Part shown: positions 41,341-54,224 of the stretch, in pieces
Numbering within the stretch: position 1 is the first letter of the stretch
Layout of the letters: each line of letters starts with the position of its first letter
NCBI GenBank assembly: GCA_951406725.2
Contig: OX597822.1
Coordinates: 2,666,001-2,730,000, forward strand
Direction of reading: 5' to 3'
Length of the DNA stretch: 64,000 nucleotides
Source of the DNA: Octopus vulgaris
Taxonomy: Eukaryota
Made by a program: the position numbers and the translations under genes
The notes under the pieces: generated by a model
Told to the model about the DNA's origin: nothing
Seen by the model: the letters and a program-made list of their open reading frames with translations, nothing else
Database searches by the model: none

Positions 41341-41477
41341 CACCTTCATCATCATCATCGTCATCGTCATCATCATCATCATCATCATCATCATCGTCAT
41401 CATCATCCTCACCTTCATCATCATCTTCATCATCATCATCATCGTCAACATCATCATCATCATCATCATCATCATCG
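41104..41477. repeat. Long interrupted (CAT)n trinucleotide repeat
   Basis: Directly visible. Confidence 0.95.
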
Positions 41478-41974
41478 ACAAGAACAACAACAATAGCAGC
41501 AGCAGCAAAGAAGCAGCAGAAACAGCACTTTCCTCAGTAACAATCCTCATTCCCATCCAGGTAGTCATTATTTTCATCGTCGAACCTTCATCGTCACCAT
41601 CAGCATCATTATCATTGCCGTCGTCATCATGTCCCTCATTAACTTTGTCGTCATCATCATCATCATCATCTATTTTACCGCCCCCACCCCATCATCCTCA
41701 TTTGCCTCACCATCGTTGTCATATAGTGATGGTTATAATACATGTTTGTTTCATCACTTTTTCAGCAGTGGTGGTCAGTATCTACGACGATGATTAACGA
41801 AAACTACGACCTAGGAAATTGCAACAAGGTCAGAGGAAATTAATGAGTGGTTCTGCGGTCTTTTAGGGATAACAACCAAATTTCTCCCAAGTCATACGCT
41901 AACGTTTTTAGGAAATATGAGATGTTATATTCCTACTAGCACCTAAATAAGCAAAATAGTCGTGACTTGAGTAA

Positions 41975-42371
41975 TCTTTATATATAAAAGTGAAGTTGTG
42001 TGTCTGTCTCCTACGATTTAGATTCCTAACTACTCCCACATTTTGCGGTGCAGTTTAACCAAAACCGGGTATCTTATAGTCGTGATTCATATCGAGCCCT
42101 TCTGGGTATTAGCGCGCGTCTACGATGAGTCTAGGATTTAAAAAAAAGTTTACCATTATTTTTTTCCATTTTAATGCATTTTTTCGCTATTATATAAAGG
42201 AAATAACTCTCTAAAAATGTCTACGATGAGTCAACGATTTAAAAAAAAATTTACCATAATTTTTTTTCCAATTTTAATGCATTTTTGACTATGTTTTGGC
42301 TATAACTCTCTAAAAATGCTTCTATAGTTATTTCCCTTACAAACCCGAGCAACGCCGGGCGATACTGCTAG
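41975..42371 (+). mobile_element. Non-autonomous Helitron-like element
   Basis: Starts TC after A, ends CTAG before T, subterminal GC hairpin CCCGAGCAACGCCGGG, internal ~100-bp tandem duplication. Confidence 0.75.
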
Positions 42372-42710
42372 TTAGCGATAAATTTGGATTATACATACGA
42401 GGTGGTATCAAAAAATCCCCAGACTAGTTATGTTTAATAAAAAAACAAACAGTTTATTTAACTGAGGGATGGTGAGACAAATGATTTTTATAGAGCTTCC
42501 AAGGTAGATGAACGAATCGATAACCTCAAATAGCTTATCCTTAACAAAAGTTTTAGTGGAGTTACAAACAACACCACACGAGGATTGATGCATTACAACT
42601 GTTTTTTTTTCAAGTTGATCGTCAAGCCCTAATCCTCGCAGGCCGAGTCAAATGCAGATACAAGAGATTATAGACATGTTTCAGAATGACTGCTAAGATC
42701 GCAATCGTCA

Positions 42711-42791
<81 letters not shown>

Positions 42792-43252
42792 AGCATTGCT
42801 AGAAATAAAAATCAAAACGGACTTCTAGCCACGAAAAGGCTTGCATAAAATAAGTGCTTTCCCGTAATTAAAAATTGCTTTGACTCTTATTTCTAGCGAT
42901 GCGGACGCTAACTAGTACCCTTAGTCATAGTGACGTCTATACTTCTGCCTTTCGGTTGTAAATTGTGACTAAGTCACCTTTAATTTATATGATGGCATCT
43001 CCCGTCGAAGACTATGTGTGGATTTTTGCCGAAAAACCTGCACCACAAAAGATTTGTTTATAGTGATCAAATGTTCATGCTGCACATGCGGTCTGTCTCT
43101 CCATCGAATCGACGTTTTCTGCATCACGTGTCAGATGTCGAAGTGACTGCAGGGATGAAGTGTTTTGCTGAAAAACACAGCGCACCAAACGGTCTAGGAA
43201 TTGAAATCGCGATCGCTAGAAGGTGAATGCAAAACTTTAAGCACTAAGCCAT

Positions 43253-43396
<144 letters not shown>

Positions 43397-43397
43397 C

Positions 43398-43433
<36 letters not shown>

Positions 43434-43468
43434 GTAAATGTAATATATGACAATTATTCGGTAGCCAT

Positions 43469-43529
43469 GATAAAACTCCGAGTTTCGGATGTCGAGATGG
43501 AAATCCAAGCCGCCATCTCTTCAGTTATC
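43469..43529 (-). ncRNA. Type I hammerhead-ribozyme-like motif
   Basis: Minus strand GATAA-CTGAAGA-GATG...CATCC-GAAA-CTCGGAG-TT-TTATC: stem I, both core boxes, stem III. Confidence 0.5.
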
Positions 43530-43621
43530 TGGCCATCGGAAAAATTCTATGAAAAATGACATTTCTTTCTTTTGTTATCTTACCATTTTTATCAATATAT
43601 ATATATATATATATTTATATA

Positions 43622-44505
43622 CAAGGTGGGGAAGCAAAATTTACAATATTTTGAGGCAGGGATAGAAAGACTATGTATGACCAATTAGTTTATTGAAAGT
43701 CATGATAATTTATTTGCCACAAGAAAATTTACATAATAGAAAATGTTATTATTCCATGTGTCCTCCTTCTTTCTCAATAATTGCCTTCAAACACTTCCTG
43801 AAACTTGTACAAGTGTTCCTCAAATATTCAGGAGACAACTTCTCCCATTCTTCTGTAATAGTATCTTTAAGAGAGTCGACATTGCTTTGTGATGTTCTAT
43901 TGGTAGCATGTTCTAAAACGCCCCAAATAGCATGATCCAGAGGGTTTAGATCTGCGCTAGAAGGCGGCCATAACCATGATTTTAAAAAATTGCTGAAGCT
44001 GGATTTGCAGAAATCTTGTATTTTTTTAGCTGTGTGGACTGGAGCACCATCCTGTGTCCCTACATAATTACCATCTGGGTAGTTTGCTTTAAGCCATGGC
44101 AATATCTGGTATCTCAAAGTCTTGTAGTAAGTATTAACATTGATCTTTTCATCAGCTTTGTAGAATTTTATGTGCATTTTCTTTCCATCTGAAGCCACAA
44201 CACCAAAAGCCATAACTTGAGCGGGATGTTTTGTTTTGAATGTCTCCTTAAACTCAGCTGTCGATTTTGAGATAAATCTGTAATTTCTGCGATTCAGAAC
44301 AGCATCGACAGTGAAGATCTTTTCAGATGAAAAGATCGTTACAATGGAGGACTTTTTCTTGAACCATGTGATTATTTTCTTGCACCTTTCCAATCGCTTT
44401 TCCTGCTTAGCTGTTGTCAACAAGTATTGTGGTGTTCTTGTGTAAGATTTTAACCTCAAATCATATTAACTTAACGTTCATTTTAAATTTTGCTTCCCCA
44501 CCCTG
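43622..44505 (-). mobile_element. Tc1/mariner DD37D (maT) transposon, internally deleted
   Basis: TIRs CA(A/G)GGTGGGGAAGCAAAATTTA at 43622-43643 and 44484-44505, TA flanks within (TA)n. Confidence 0.9.
43749..44459 (-). pseudogene. DD37D transposase catalytic domain (N-terminal HTH deleted, first D lost)
   Basis: FSSEK (for FSDEK), QDGAP, WPPSSADLNPLD; 37 residues between second and third D. Confidence 0.88.
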
Positions 44506-44556
<51 letters not shown>

Positions 44557-44565
44557 ATATATATA

Positions 44566-44605
<40 letters not shown>

Positions 44606-44614
44606 TATATAAAC

Positions 44615-44697
<83 letters not shown>

Positions 44698-44741
44698 CAT
44701 ATATAAATATATATATATGTACGCGTGTGAGCATGTTTGTT

Positions 44742-44930
44742 CCCACCGTCGCTTGACAACCGATGTTGGTGTATTTACGTCGCCGTGACTTATCTGTTCA
44801 GGAAGTGACCGATAAAATAAGCACTAGGCTTAGAAAGAATAATTTCTGGGGTCGATTTGTTCGACAAAAGGTGGTGTTCCACCATGGCCGTAATCAAATG
44901 ACCGAACCAAGTAATAGAATAAAAGAATAA
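44742..44930 (+). mobile_element. SINE-B 3' half
   Basis: GCTTGACAACCGATGTTGGTG...ACCATGGCCGTAATCAAATGACCGAAC. Confidence 0.75.
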
Positions 44931-44934
44931 ATTA

Positions 44935-44975
<41 letters not shown>

Positions 44976-45114
44976 AGGTATACTTGCCATCACAGTATGG
45001 CTAACCACTAAGAGTGGGTGTTACTGTAGCTTGTAGCTCCAGGAGAACATCGTCTCCAGTTGGCTTTAGGCACACTTTCTGTGCCTTTATGGTATTTGCA
45101 AAGGGAGGTTACTG

Positions 45115-45206
45115 AAAGGGGTCCCAATGCAGATACTTATATCGTTTTTCCAGTGACTAAAAGTTACTGGAAAAACGATATAAGTATTTACATTGAGACC
45201 CCTTTC
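45115..45206. repeat. Hairpin with ~40-bp arms
   Basis: GAAAGGGGTCCCAATG...TATATCGTTTTTCCAGT / ACTGGAAAAACGATATA...CATTGAGACCCCTTTC. Confidence 0.8.
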
Positions 45207-45225
45207 ATCGAAAACCGGTGATTGT

Positions 45226-45270
45226 CGTACGATGATGACAGGTCAAAACCTAGAAACTGCAGTCCGTGCG
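45226..45270 (+). ncRNA. Minimal type I hammerhead-like motif (C3 replaced by A)
   Basis: CGTACG-ATGATGA-C-AGGT-CAAA-ACCT-A-GAAA-CTGCAG-TC-CGTGCG; palindromic stem III, GUC site. Confidence 0.5.
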
Positions 45271-45343
45271 TATCACTTAGGTTGACGAGGGAAGGATAAC
45301 ACGTGGTTCGCGGCTATATTTAAGAAATGATTATATATATTAT

Positions 45344-45441
<98 letters not shown>

Positions 45442-45976
45442 GATAGATAGATAGAAAAAAAAAATATATATATATATATTGAGAAGTATGCATAGAAGAA
45501 AGCACGGGCTTTTGAATAAGGGCGCCTATTCAAATCATTTGAAGTAGGAAATCTCCAGAATTAACCTTTACTGACTTGTATGTAATCTCTGATATAAAAC
45601 TTGTAATAAACTTCATTTCCGCCCATCATGTACTTGCCGCAGGATACTTAGCTATGAATTGCAAGGGTGTGGCACAAGTTTATGTCAATACGATCTGATG
45701 TTGTACAAATATTTCATCATGTGATCTTGTTCATTTTGTTTTTGAAAGGCCATTTTTCTTGACGTTGTAAATCATTGGCTACTCTTAAGAACCATCTCGA
45801 AGACCTATGGGCATGTGGCAACGTGTTAGGATTGGCGGGCCAAGATACAAAGACCTAGCTATCATCTGACAAGATAAACCAACCATATAAGTATGTCAGC
45901 GCGCGCGAACACACACACGCACTCACTCTCTCTCTCTCACACACACTCTCACTCACACACACGCATGTATGTATGC

Positions 45977-46099
<123 letters not shown>

Positions 46100-46184
46100 C
46101 ACACACACATGTATATATATAAATATATCTACATATTTATATATGTATGTAGATAGATACATATATAGGTATTATCTGTGTATA

Positions 46185-46406
46185 CAGTAATCCCTCGCCA
46201 TATCGCGGTTCGCCTATCGCGGTTTAATATTTAAGCTTACATCGATTCCTCCGTGGTGTTGTTTTGCGTTTATAATAAAATAAATATATACAAATTATAA
46301 CAATAATTTTTAAAATATACAATACGGTACTGTTTCTACTTCACAGATTTTCACCTACTGCGGTGTGTTTTGGAATCTAGCACCCGCAATAGTCGAGGGG
46401 TTACTG
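46185..46406. mobile_element. Tigger/pogo-like MITE
   Basis: TIRs CAGTAATCCCTCG / CGAGGGGTTACTG with TA flanks. Confidence 0.8.
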
Positions 46407-46438
<32 letters not shown>

Positions 46439-46679
46439 TGTATGTATGTATGTATGTATGTATGTATGTATGTATGTATGTATGTATGTATGTATATATG
46501 TATGTATGTATGTATCTATGTATGTATGTATGTATGTATGTATGTATGTATGTATGTATGTATGTATGTGTATGTATGTATGCATGTATGTATGTATGTA
46601 TGTATGTATCTATGTATGTATGTATGTATGTATGTATGTATGCATGCATGTATGTATGTATGTATGTATTATATATTAT

Positions 46680-47027
46680 GCCATCCAATAAATGTCTTAA
46701 GGCTGTATCATGCGCGGGGACATAGAAATAATCGGACTGAATACCCGATCGCGCGGTTAAACCATTGGGAGTGAAGGACTCCCAGCCTTTGTTAGGGCAT
46801 CCTTCTAGGAGAAGGTAACTCAGATAACTGGGATAACTCCTACATAAAACCTGCGGCTCGGTGGTTACCGATGATGCTGACTTGTTCTTCTTTTCGGATT
46901 ATGGCTGCTGTTGCTTAGTGACTGGGATTGTGCACAGCCTTTCCTCACTTCTTGCACAGGCATTGCACGATAACAACATTGATTCAGCTTCGTGCAATGG
47001 CCATAACGAGGGGGCAGCCACCACCAT
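46680..47027 (+). mobile_element. (ATGT)n-tailed interspersed element, truncated copy
   Basis: Direct repeat of 47540-47910; flanked by (TATG)n. Confidence 0.7.
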
Positions 47028-47036
47028 GTATGTATG

Positions 47037-47067
<31 letters not shown>

Positions 47068-47357
47068 TTTCTTCTATTCTTTCATTATTATAAATCTTCC
47101 ACTGAGGAAGAAACCGATTTCCAACAAAGATACAACGCTCCATTTTTGGAACGTAGTTAACACAAGCAAATTCAGATTTGGTACTTGAGAAAAGTCTTGC
47201 ATATTTTACTGTTACTCTCACATATTGCACTTATAATGTACGAATTACCCGGTCGATTTCTTTTTCTGAAAATCCCAGTTTATCCAGATTCTCTATTAAT
47301 CATTTACTAACAAAACTTAGTGCTCCAATTTTTATGTATGTATGTATGTTTATGTTT

Positions 47358-47910
47358 ATGTCAGGTCACTTTCGAGTGCTACTGGTAACATGTAACCCAG
47401 TACAACCTGTTGCATGGTCGGGTCGTCGGCGACTAAACCGGCAACCCCACCAAGCTTGCTGAGGAGGGTGTTTATTGGACAACCTGCGGGATGAAAAACA
47501 AAACCCGTCAAAGGGCGGGGAAACTCTTGAGAGTCAACAGCCATCCAATAAATGTTTTAAGGGTGTATCATGCGCGGGGACATAGAAATAATCGGACTGA
47601 ATACCCGATCGCGCGGTTAAACCATTGGGAGTGAAGGACTCCTAGCCTTTGTTAGGGCATCCTTCTAGGAGAAGGTAACTCAGGTAACTGGGATAACTCC
47701 GACATAAAACCCGCGGCTCAGTGGTTACCGATGATGTTGACTTGTTCTTCTTTTCGGTTTATGTCTGCTGTTGCTTAATGAGTGGGATTGACTCAGTCCA
47801 CAGCCTTTCCTCACTTTAAAAAAAATCTTCTTGCACAGTCATTGCTCGATAACAGCATTGATTCAGCTTCGTGCAATGGCCATACTCGATAACGAGGGGG
47901 CAGCCACCAT
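47358..47910 (+). mobile_element. (ATGT)n-tailed interspersed element, longer copy
   Basis: Shares ~350 bp with 46680-47027; (TATG)n on both sides; no ORF. Confidence 0.7.
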
Positions 47911-48324
47911 GTATGTATGTATGTATGTATGTATCTATCTATTTTTATATGTGTGTGTGTATTCTATAGCAGCGGTGTTATATCTATACTGGAGTAGACT
48001 CTTGTTCGAATGGCATTGTATGTCGTCTTAGTAACAGTATCATGTCTCAGTGAGAGCTAGTACTTTGTTGATATATTTGGACAGCTGCTGATAACGTGTG
48101 TTATATCCTCCACAGAAAAGTAATATGATCGACACTTAATGTTTCATTAAGAGATTACAAGTGCTACATTGTTCCGTTTCTTCAAGAGATATTTTGAAGC
48201 TGTCTCCTGCTTTTGGATAACAAAAGCATAGCCTTCAATATGTGACATGATGTAGCAGTCACGAATCTAGGAGTGGACACTTCGTGTTAATATCATCATT
48301 CTTATCTACTTTACAGAAAACATA

Positions 48325-48633
48325 AAACGTCGCCCTTTTCAAGCCTAGCCAGGCTCATGGGCCCGGTTTCCTGGTTTCTGTGAAGTATGTGTTCTTCCCA
48401 CCCAGCTGGACGGGACGCCAGTTCATCGCAGCGTTACTTAAGGAACAGGAAGTGAGAGTGAGAGAATGTTGTGGCGAAAGAGTGCAATAGGGGTTGCCAC
48501 CACCCCCTGCCGGAGCCTCGTGGACCTTTTTAGGTGTTTTCGGTCAATAAACACACACAATTCCCGGGCTGGGAATCGAGACCGCGATCCTCCGACGTGA
48601 GTCCGCTGCCCTAACCACTGGACCATTGCGCCT

Positions 48634-48723
<90 letters not shown>

Positions 48724-48822
48724 CTGTGTTTTTATGAGATCCCCTTTTAGTAGAAGGAATAGCTATATCTCTTTGATGCTATTTCTAAATTCGTGTGTTG
48801 GTGAGGCAATTGTTGCTAAACC

Positions 48823-48871
<49 letters not shown>

Positions 48872-48952
48872 ATATGTATATATATATATGTGTGTCCGAC
48901 CGGGAATCCGCTGCCCTAACCACTGGGCTATTGCGCCTCCACCGTTTTCTTT
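48325..48952 (-). mobile_element. Composite SINE-C insertion with 23-bp TSD
   Basis: TTATCTACTTTACAGAAAACATA at 48302-48324 and 48953-48975; full SINE-C 48327-48636 plus second head 48895-48941. Confidence 0.75.
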
Positions 48953-49407
48953 TTATCTACTTTACAGAAAACATACCAATGCTTAACTTGTTTTGTGACA
49001 TGTAGAATGCCTCCTTTGCATAACCGAGACTTGCGCTACTGGGTTCGAATAGGGTTCATCAGGAAGTGAATGCTTCTTCAAGAGATCGCTTCCGAGGCTC
49101 AGTCAATATTCTGCCAAAAACATGAAACAGCTGTCGGACCTGTAACAGCATAGCTGCTCCTCTTTAATTTTCTGTATTTTTGTACTTTTCAGCTTTTACT
49201 TTCTCAATAGTTACACGTAGACCGTCTTTTATTCTTTTGTTCTTTTACGTGTTTCAGTCATTCCTGAGCGTTATACTAATACATCTGTTTCTTTTGTACA
49301 CCACCGGTCATCGTCTTTTGCTTTTTTCGTAAACTCTCCCTATATATTACGGAGATGTACTTGCATAGCAAGTGATTTGATCTGAGATCGTGTGCTGAAA
49401 CGAAAAC

Positions 49408-49565
49408 AATTGCAGCGTGGAAGGTGTTTATAAGCCATTTAAGAAACACACAAAACCGTTAGATTCAGTTCAACATTTAAATTTAATTTGTCAAAATATT
49501 TTCGTCGCTTTAAGATCGCGACCTGTTCACTGACAAAAATCCGTGCACCTTCCACGCTGCAATTG
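49408..49565. repeat. Short element with 20-bp inverted repeats enclosing a hammerhead-like variant
   Basis: CAATTGCAGCGTGGAAGGTG / CACCTTCCACGCTGCAATTG; minus strand TTGTCA-GTGAACAG-GTCGC..GCGAC-GAAAATATTT-TGACAA at 49488-49536. Confidence 0.55.
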
Positions 49566-49833
49566 TCTCCCTATATATATATATGTATATATGTATGTAT
49601 ATGTACATCACTGTTTTCATGGGGTGTTATAATTAAAAGCAACTATACATCAACATGAAAGATGGCTCATTAATTTTCTAGAGTACAACATATTTATCAT
49701 TCTTTAGCAGAAATAGTGATGACATGACCTTGACTTCGAAGTTTCGGCCAGATAAACTTCAGACAAACACACGCATATATACAAATACATATATACATAT
49801 ATACATATACATATAGATATATATATACATATA

Positions 49834-49921
<88 letters not shown>

Positions 49922-49931
49922 CATCTCTCTT

Positions 49932-50000
<69 letters not shown>

Positions 50001-50329
50001 ACTAACGCACATGCCCATTCATACATGCATGAATATTTTCTCCACAGTAAATGCGTAATGTCCATGAACTTTATCTACACCCGCCCAGTCACCATCCGGT
50101 TTTGCGTTGGCGCACCTCGTTTAAATTTATGCAATTTCACAGAATAGAATAATGAAATCCGGTCAATAACGGCGACGTTTTCTTCTAAAGCAGTTTCTTA
50201 CATATAAGAATATGTAGCGCTATGCTTATATGCATGTACGTGTCGGTATATATAAATCTCTATAGATATATATATATATATACATTTACATGCAGACACA
50301 CACTCACACACACACACACACACACACAG

Positions 50330-50361
<32 letters not shown>

Positions 50362-50584
50362 TCGTATATATACACGCACACACATATCGTATATATATAT
50401 ATATATATGTATGCATGTATGTATGTATGTATATATGAGTATATATGTGTGGTATTTATAGTCTCACCAATATAAAAATAAGCGTGTATCTTTCCTGAAG
50501 GTATTTTTCTGAATCTGATATTTATTCACATGCGTGAATTTGTGTATATGTATATATGCATGGATGTATGTTTATATGCGGTTT

Positions 50585-50624
<40 letters not shown>

Positions 50625-50626
<2 letters not shown>

Positions 50627-50835
50627 TTAATCCAAACAAGAAAACAAAAACAAAAAGACAACAACGCAAGGACGTGGAACAAATAAAGTATTATTGGACT
50701 CTCAGAAAAGAAGGAAGAAGGAGGGTTTGACGTTTCGAGCAGAGCTCTTCGTCGGAAACATATGGAGAAGGAAAGATCCCGAGAAGGGGAGACAGAGGGA
50801 AAAAATCCCTAGTGATACAGACCCGGTCAAACCGT
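50625..50835 (-). mobile_element. Family H2 hammerhead element
   Basis: Minus strand GTTT-CCGACGA-AGAGCTCTGCTC-GAAACGTC-AAAC at 50725-50759. Confidence 0.62.
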
Positions 50836-50975
50836 AAATAAACATACATACATGCATATATACACACATACAAATTCACGCGGGTGAACAAATATCAGAT
50901 TTAGAAAAATATCTAAAGGAAGTGTCTACAGGCACTTTTCTATCGATGAGACTATAAATACCACACATACGTACA

Positions 50976-51033
<58 letters not shown>

Positions 51034-51139
51034 AATATGTGTGTCTGCATGTAAATGCATATTATATATATCTATAGAGATTTAGATATACCGACACGTA
51101 CATGCATGTATATAAAATGTGCCTAAGATATGTGAGGAC

Positions 51140-52226
51140 ATACATTTTGGGGGTCATTTCAGCATTTTTTGCTAACCCTGTACAATCTTTGTTTCAGAAA
51201 ATAATAAGGGCATGCCCTCAGATTACTCACGAAATGAGGCATGCTGTTATTGTGGTTATAAAGTCTGAGAATAGCGTTTTAGAATATTTCGATTTTTAAA
51301 AGTTGTCAGATCTTTCGTCTATAGGGTTTGTAAGGAACTTGAGACTAAATATGGAATCGTATCACCAGTAGCAAAGTATAAAAAGCATTCTAAATACTCT
51401 TAAATCATCAGAGCACCTGGATTTATCCAGCAAGTTTAACAGACCATTGATTACAATTCCAAAAATTCCATGAGGTCAATTGTGAAAGATCTTCATATGT
51501 CAGAATGAACAAGCAGAAATGTTACCCACGGAAACATCAGTTATAAGTCTGATGAGGAAAGGTCAATTTGTCAGAAAAAGCAAAAGAAAATTACTACATT
51601 AGATCTAAAGGCTTTTAAGCAAACTGAAAAATCCAGCAGAAGGAGATATGGTTTGTTTTTTCTCAAACGAGAAAAACTTCCACCAAAATCAAAAATGTTA
51701 ACAAGAAATGGCAGTTGGTTATGTGCAGAACCTTCTGAAGTTCCAAATGTTATGCATACAAAATTTCCTGCAACGGTTATGGTTTTACGGGTTGTCAGCT
51801 AAGAAAGATATGTGATACGCCCTTATTTCTTTCCACGATGCCTTAGAGTTAACTCTACTGCCTACATTGAAGTCTTGGAAATAATTGTTAAGCCCTGGGT
51901 AGGCAGTGTAGACAGATCTCAATCCATTGGACTATTGCATGTGGAGCATTATTGAAAGAGAGGTTAATGAAAACGCCCATAACACCGAAGATTCTTTGAA
52001 ATCTGCCATAGTCAGAGTAATGTCCAAAATGAACAAGGAACCACTCGATTGGGGCATGTAGATGATTTAGATCCCATAAAGAAGCAGTTGTTGAACTGAA
52101 GGTGGCTTTATTGAATAACATTATAGAAAAGAAAGTTTATTTTTATTCCCATAGCATTTTTTGATAAAGTTATTATCTGTTATTTTCTTTATAAACATAA
52201 ATCTGTCCTCAAATATCTTACGCACC

Positions 52227-52229
<3 letters not shown>
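51140..52229 (+). mobile_element. Degenerate maT-like Tc1/mariner transposon
   Basis: FSNEKNF, HTKFPATVMVL, DLNPLDYCMWSIIE fragments with stops; ends CACCCTG before (TA)n; left end approximate. Confidence 0.75.
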
Positions 52230-52271
<42 letters not shown>

Positions 52272-52276
<5 letters not shown>

Positions 52277-52455
52277 AACCCAAACAAGAATAAGCAAGAA
52301 AAACAACAACGCGATGACGTGGAATAAGTACTATGTTATTGGACGCTCACAGGATTTTACATTTCAAGCGGAGCTCTTTATCAGAAATATAGAAAAAGTT
52401 CAAAGAAAGGAAGACAGAGAAAGAAAGTCACCAACGATACATACACGGTCACATA
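52272..52455 (-). mobile_element. Family H2 hammerhead element, degenerate
   Basis: Close homologue of 55797-55975. Confidence 0.6.
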
Positions 52456-52861
52456 AATGTATACATGTATATATATATATGTATATAAATCTACAAATAC
52501 ATTCATACACACATACATACATACATACATACATACATACATACATACATACATGCATGCATACATACATACATACATACATACATACATACATACATAC
52601 ATACATACATACATACATACATGCATACATACATACATACATACATATAAGCAGTTCATACAGCCGAAAATGAAACACGCTTTAAAACAGAGCAGTAATA
52701 TATTTATAGAAGGTTTGATTGATATGCCCGGTCAGGAAGTGACCTTTATAGAGGTTATGTACCTCCACCCGTTTGTCTGACAGCTAAGTTAGCCTATACA
52801 GCTTAGCGCATTATAGGTGCGAAACTAATGGTCTCGCTGACCGGCCATAACAATCAACCTC

Positions 52862-52920
<59 letters not shown>

Positions 52921-52945
52921 GACAGGGACAGAGAGAGAGAGACAC

Positions 52946-52974
<29 letters not shown>

Positions 52975-52976
<2 letters not shown>

Positions 52977-53630
52977 TGTGAATCGGAAGTGCGTTATTTG
53001 TCCGCCATTGATTTTCATGTTGCCTGCCCAAACAATTTCCTTATGACCACTTCTTGACATGTGGTAAAGAGCTTTCTAGAGATGGTATCTCCTTGCTTGA
53101 CACCCTTCTCAGTTGGGACCCTTACTTGTGATGACAGAGCTCTATCTGTGGTGCATCTAGCGATAGCATTTCGGAGCAGTCTCATATATTACGCATCGAC
53201 ACCTTGCGCTTCTAGAGATTTCAAGTCCTGCGTTCATCTCAACGCTATCGAAGGTATTTTTCTGTAATCAACAAAAGCGATGCACAGTGGAATCTTGTAT
53301 TCGTTCGCTCATTCTATGAGCTGTGATAGAGTGAATCTGTTTGGACAGCTGCAATGATATATGTGGTTCGAAGACGAAGCACAAGGTCGAATACAAGTGG
53401 GAAGTGATAGAGAGTCGAGGAGGTAAAGGAACACGTCCACTTAGGACACAAAATGAATATGCATCGACTTATGGATGCTGAAATCTGAACGAATATAAGG
53501 GTAGGATGGAAGGCATTCAACTCAATCAACGATGTGCTCAAAACAAAGCTAGACTATGTCTTATGTGCCAGACACTTCCATATTACCATTCTACCTGCGC
53601 ACTTTTTCAATGCAAGTGAAATGTGGGCTA
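52975..53630. mobile_element. RTE-clade LINE RT relic with inverted 5' segment
   Basis: Minus strand YKIPLCIAFVDY...GVKQGDTIS...KINGGQITHFRF; plus strand VKEHVHLGH...IRVGWKAFN...SEMWA. Confidence 0.7.
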
Positions 53631-53949
53631 TACACACACACAGACACACACACTCACACACATGTAAATACATATATATATATATTTACAATTGTGACTA
53701 AAAGTGGCTGAGGGTGCAGGAGAGTACTTACATTGCTAGAAACAAGAGTCAAAGACCCTTATAGGGACAAAGTAACGTTGTCTACGTACGTCAATGTGCT
53801 TTGCGGATGTAAGGGTTTTTGACTATTGTTTATATCAAAGTAGGTGCTACCTTACACCCCGAGTCACTATTGGTGACACTTGAATTTCTCCTTTCTGGTT
53901 TTATATTGAGTCTAACCAACTACGTTATTCTATATACATGCATGTATAC

Positions 53950-53980
<31 letters not shown>

Positions 53981-54000
53981 TGCAACACACATAAATATAC

Positions 54001-54056
<56 letters not shown>

Positions 54057-54224
54057 ACTTATATATATATGTATATATATATATATGTGCGTATGTATTT
54101 GTGTATATATGTGTGTGTTAGGGGTGTATGAATGCATACATACAAACACCCATCCACCCATGCATACATGCATACATACATACATACATACGTACATACA
54201 TACATATACATGCATACATAATAC

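Noticed and set aside
40969-41797. Poly-His, poly-Ser and poly-Ile ORFs
   Set aside because: (CAT)n is open in several frames; no domain or splice support.
48977-49139. Minus-strand segment with AG and GT splice-like ends
   Set aside because: Stops in all three frames; a non-coding exon cannot be supported without RNA data.
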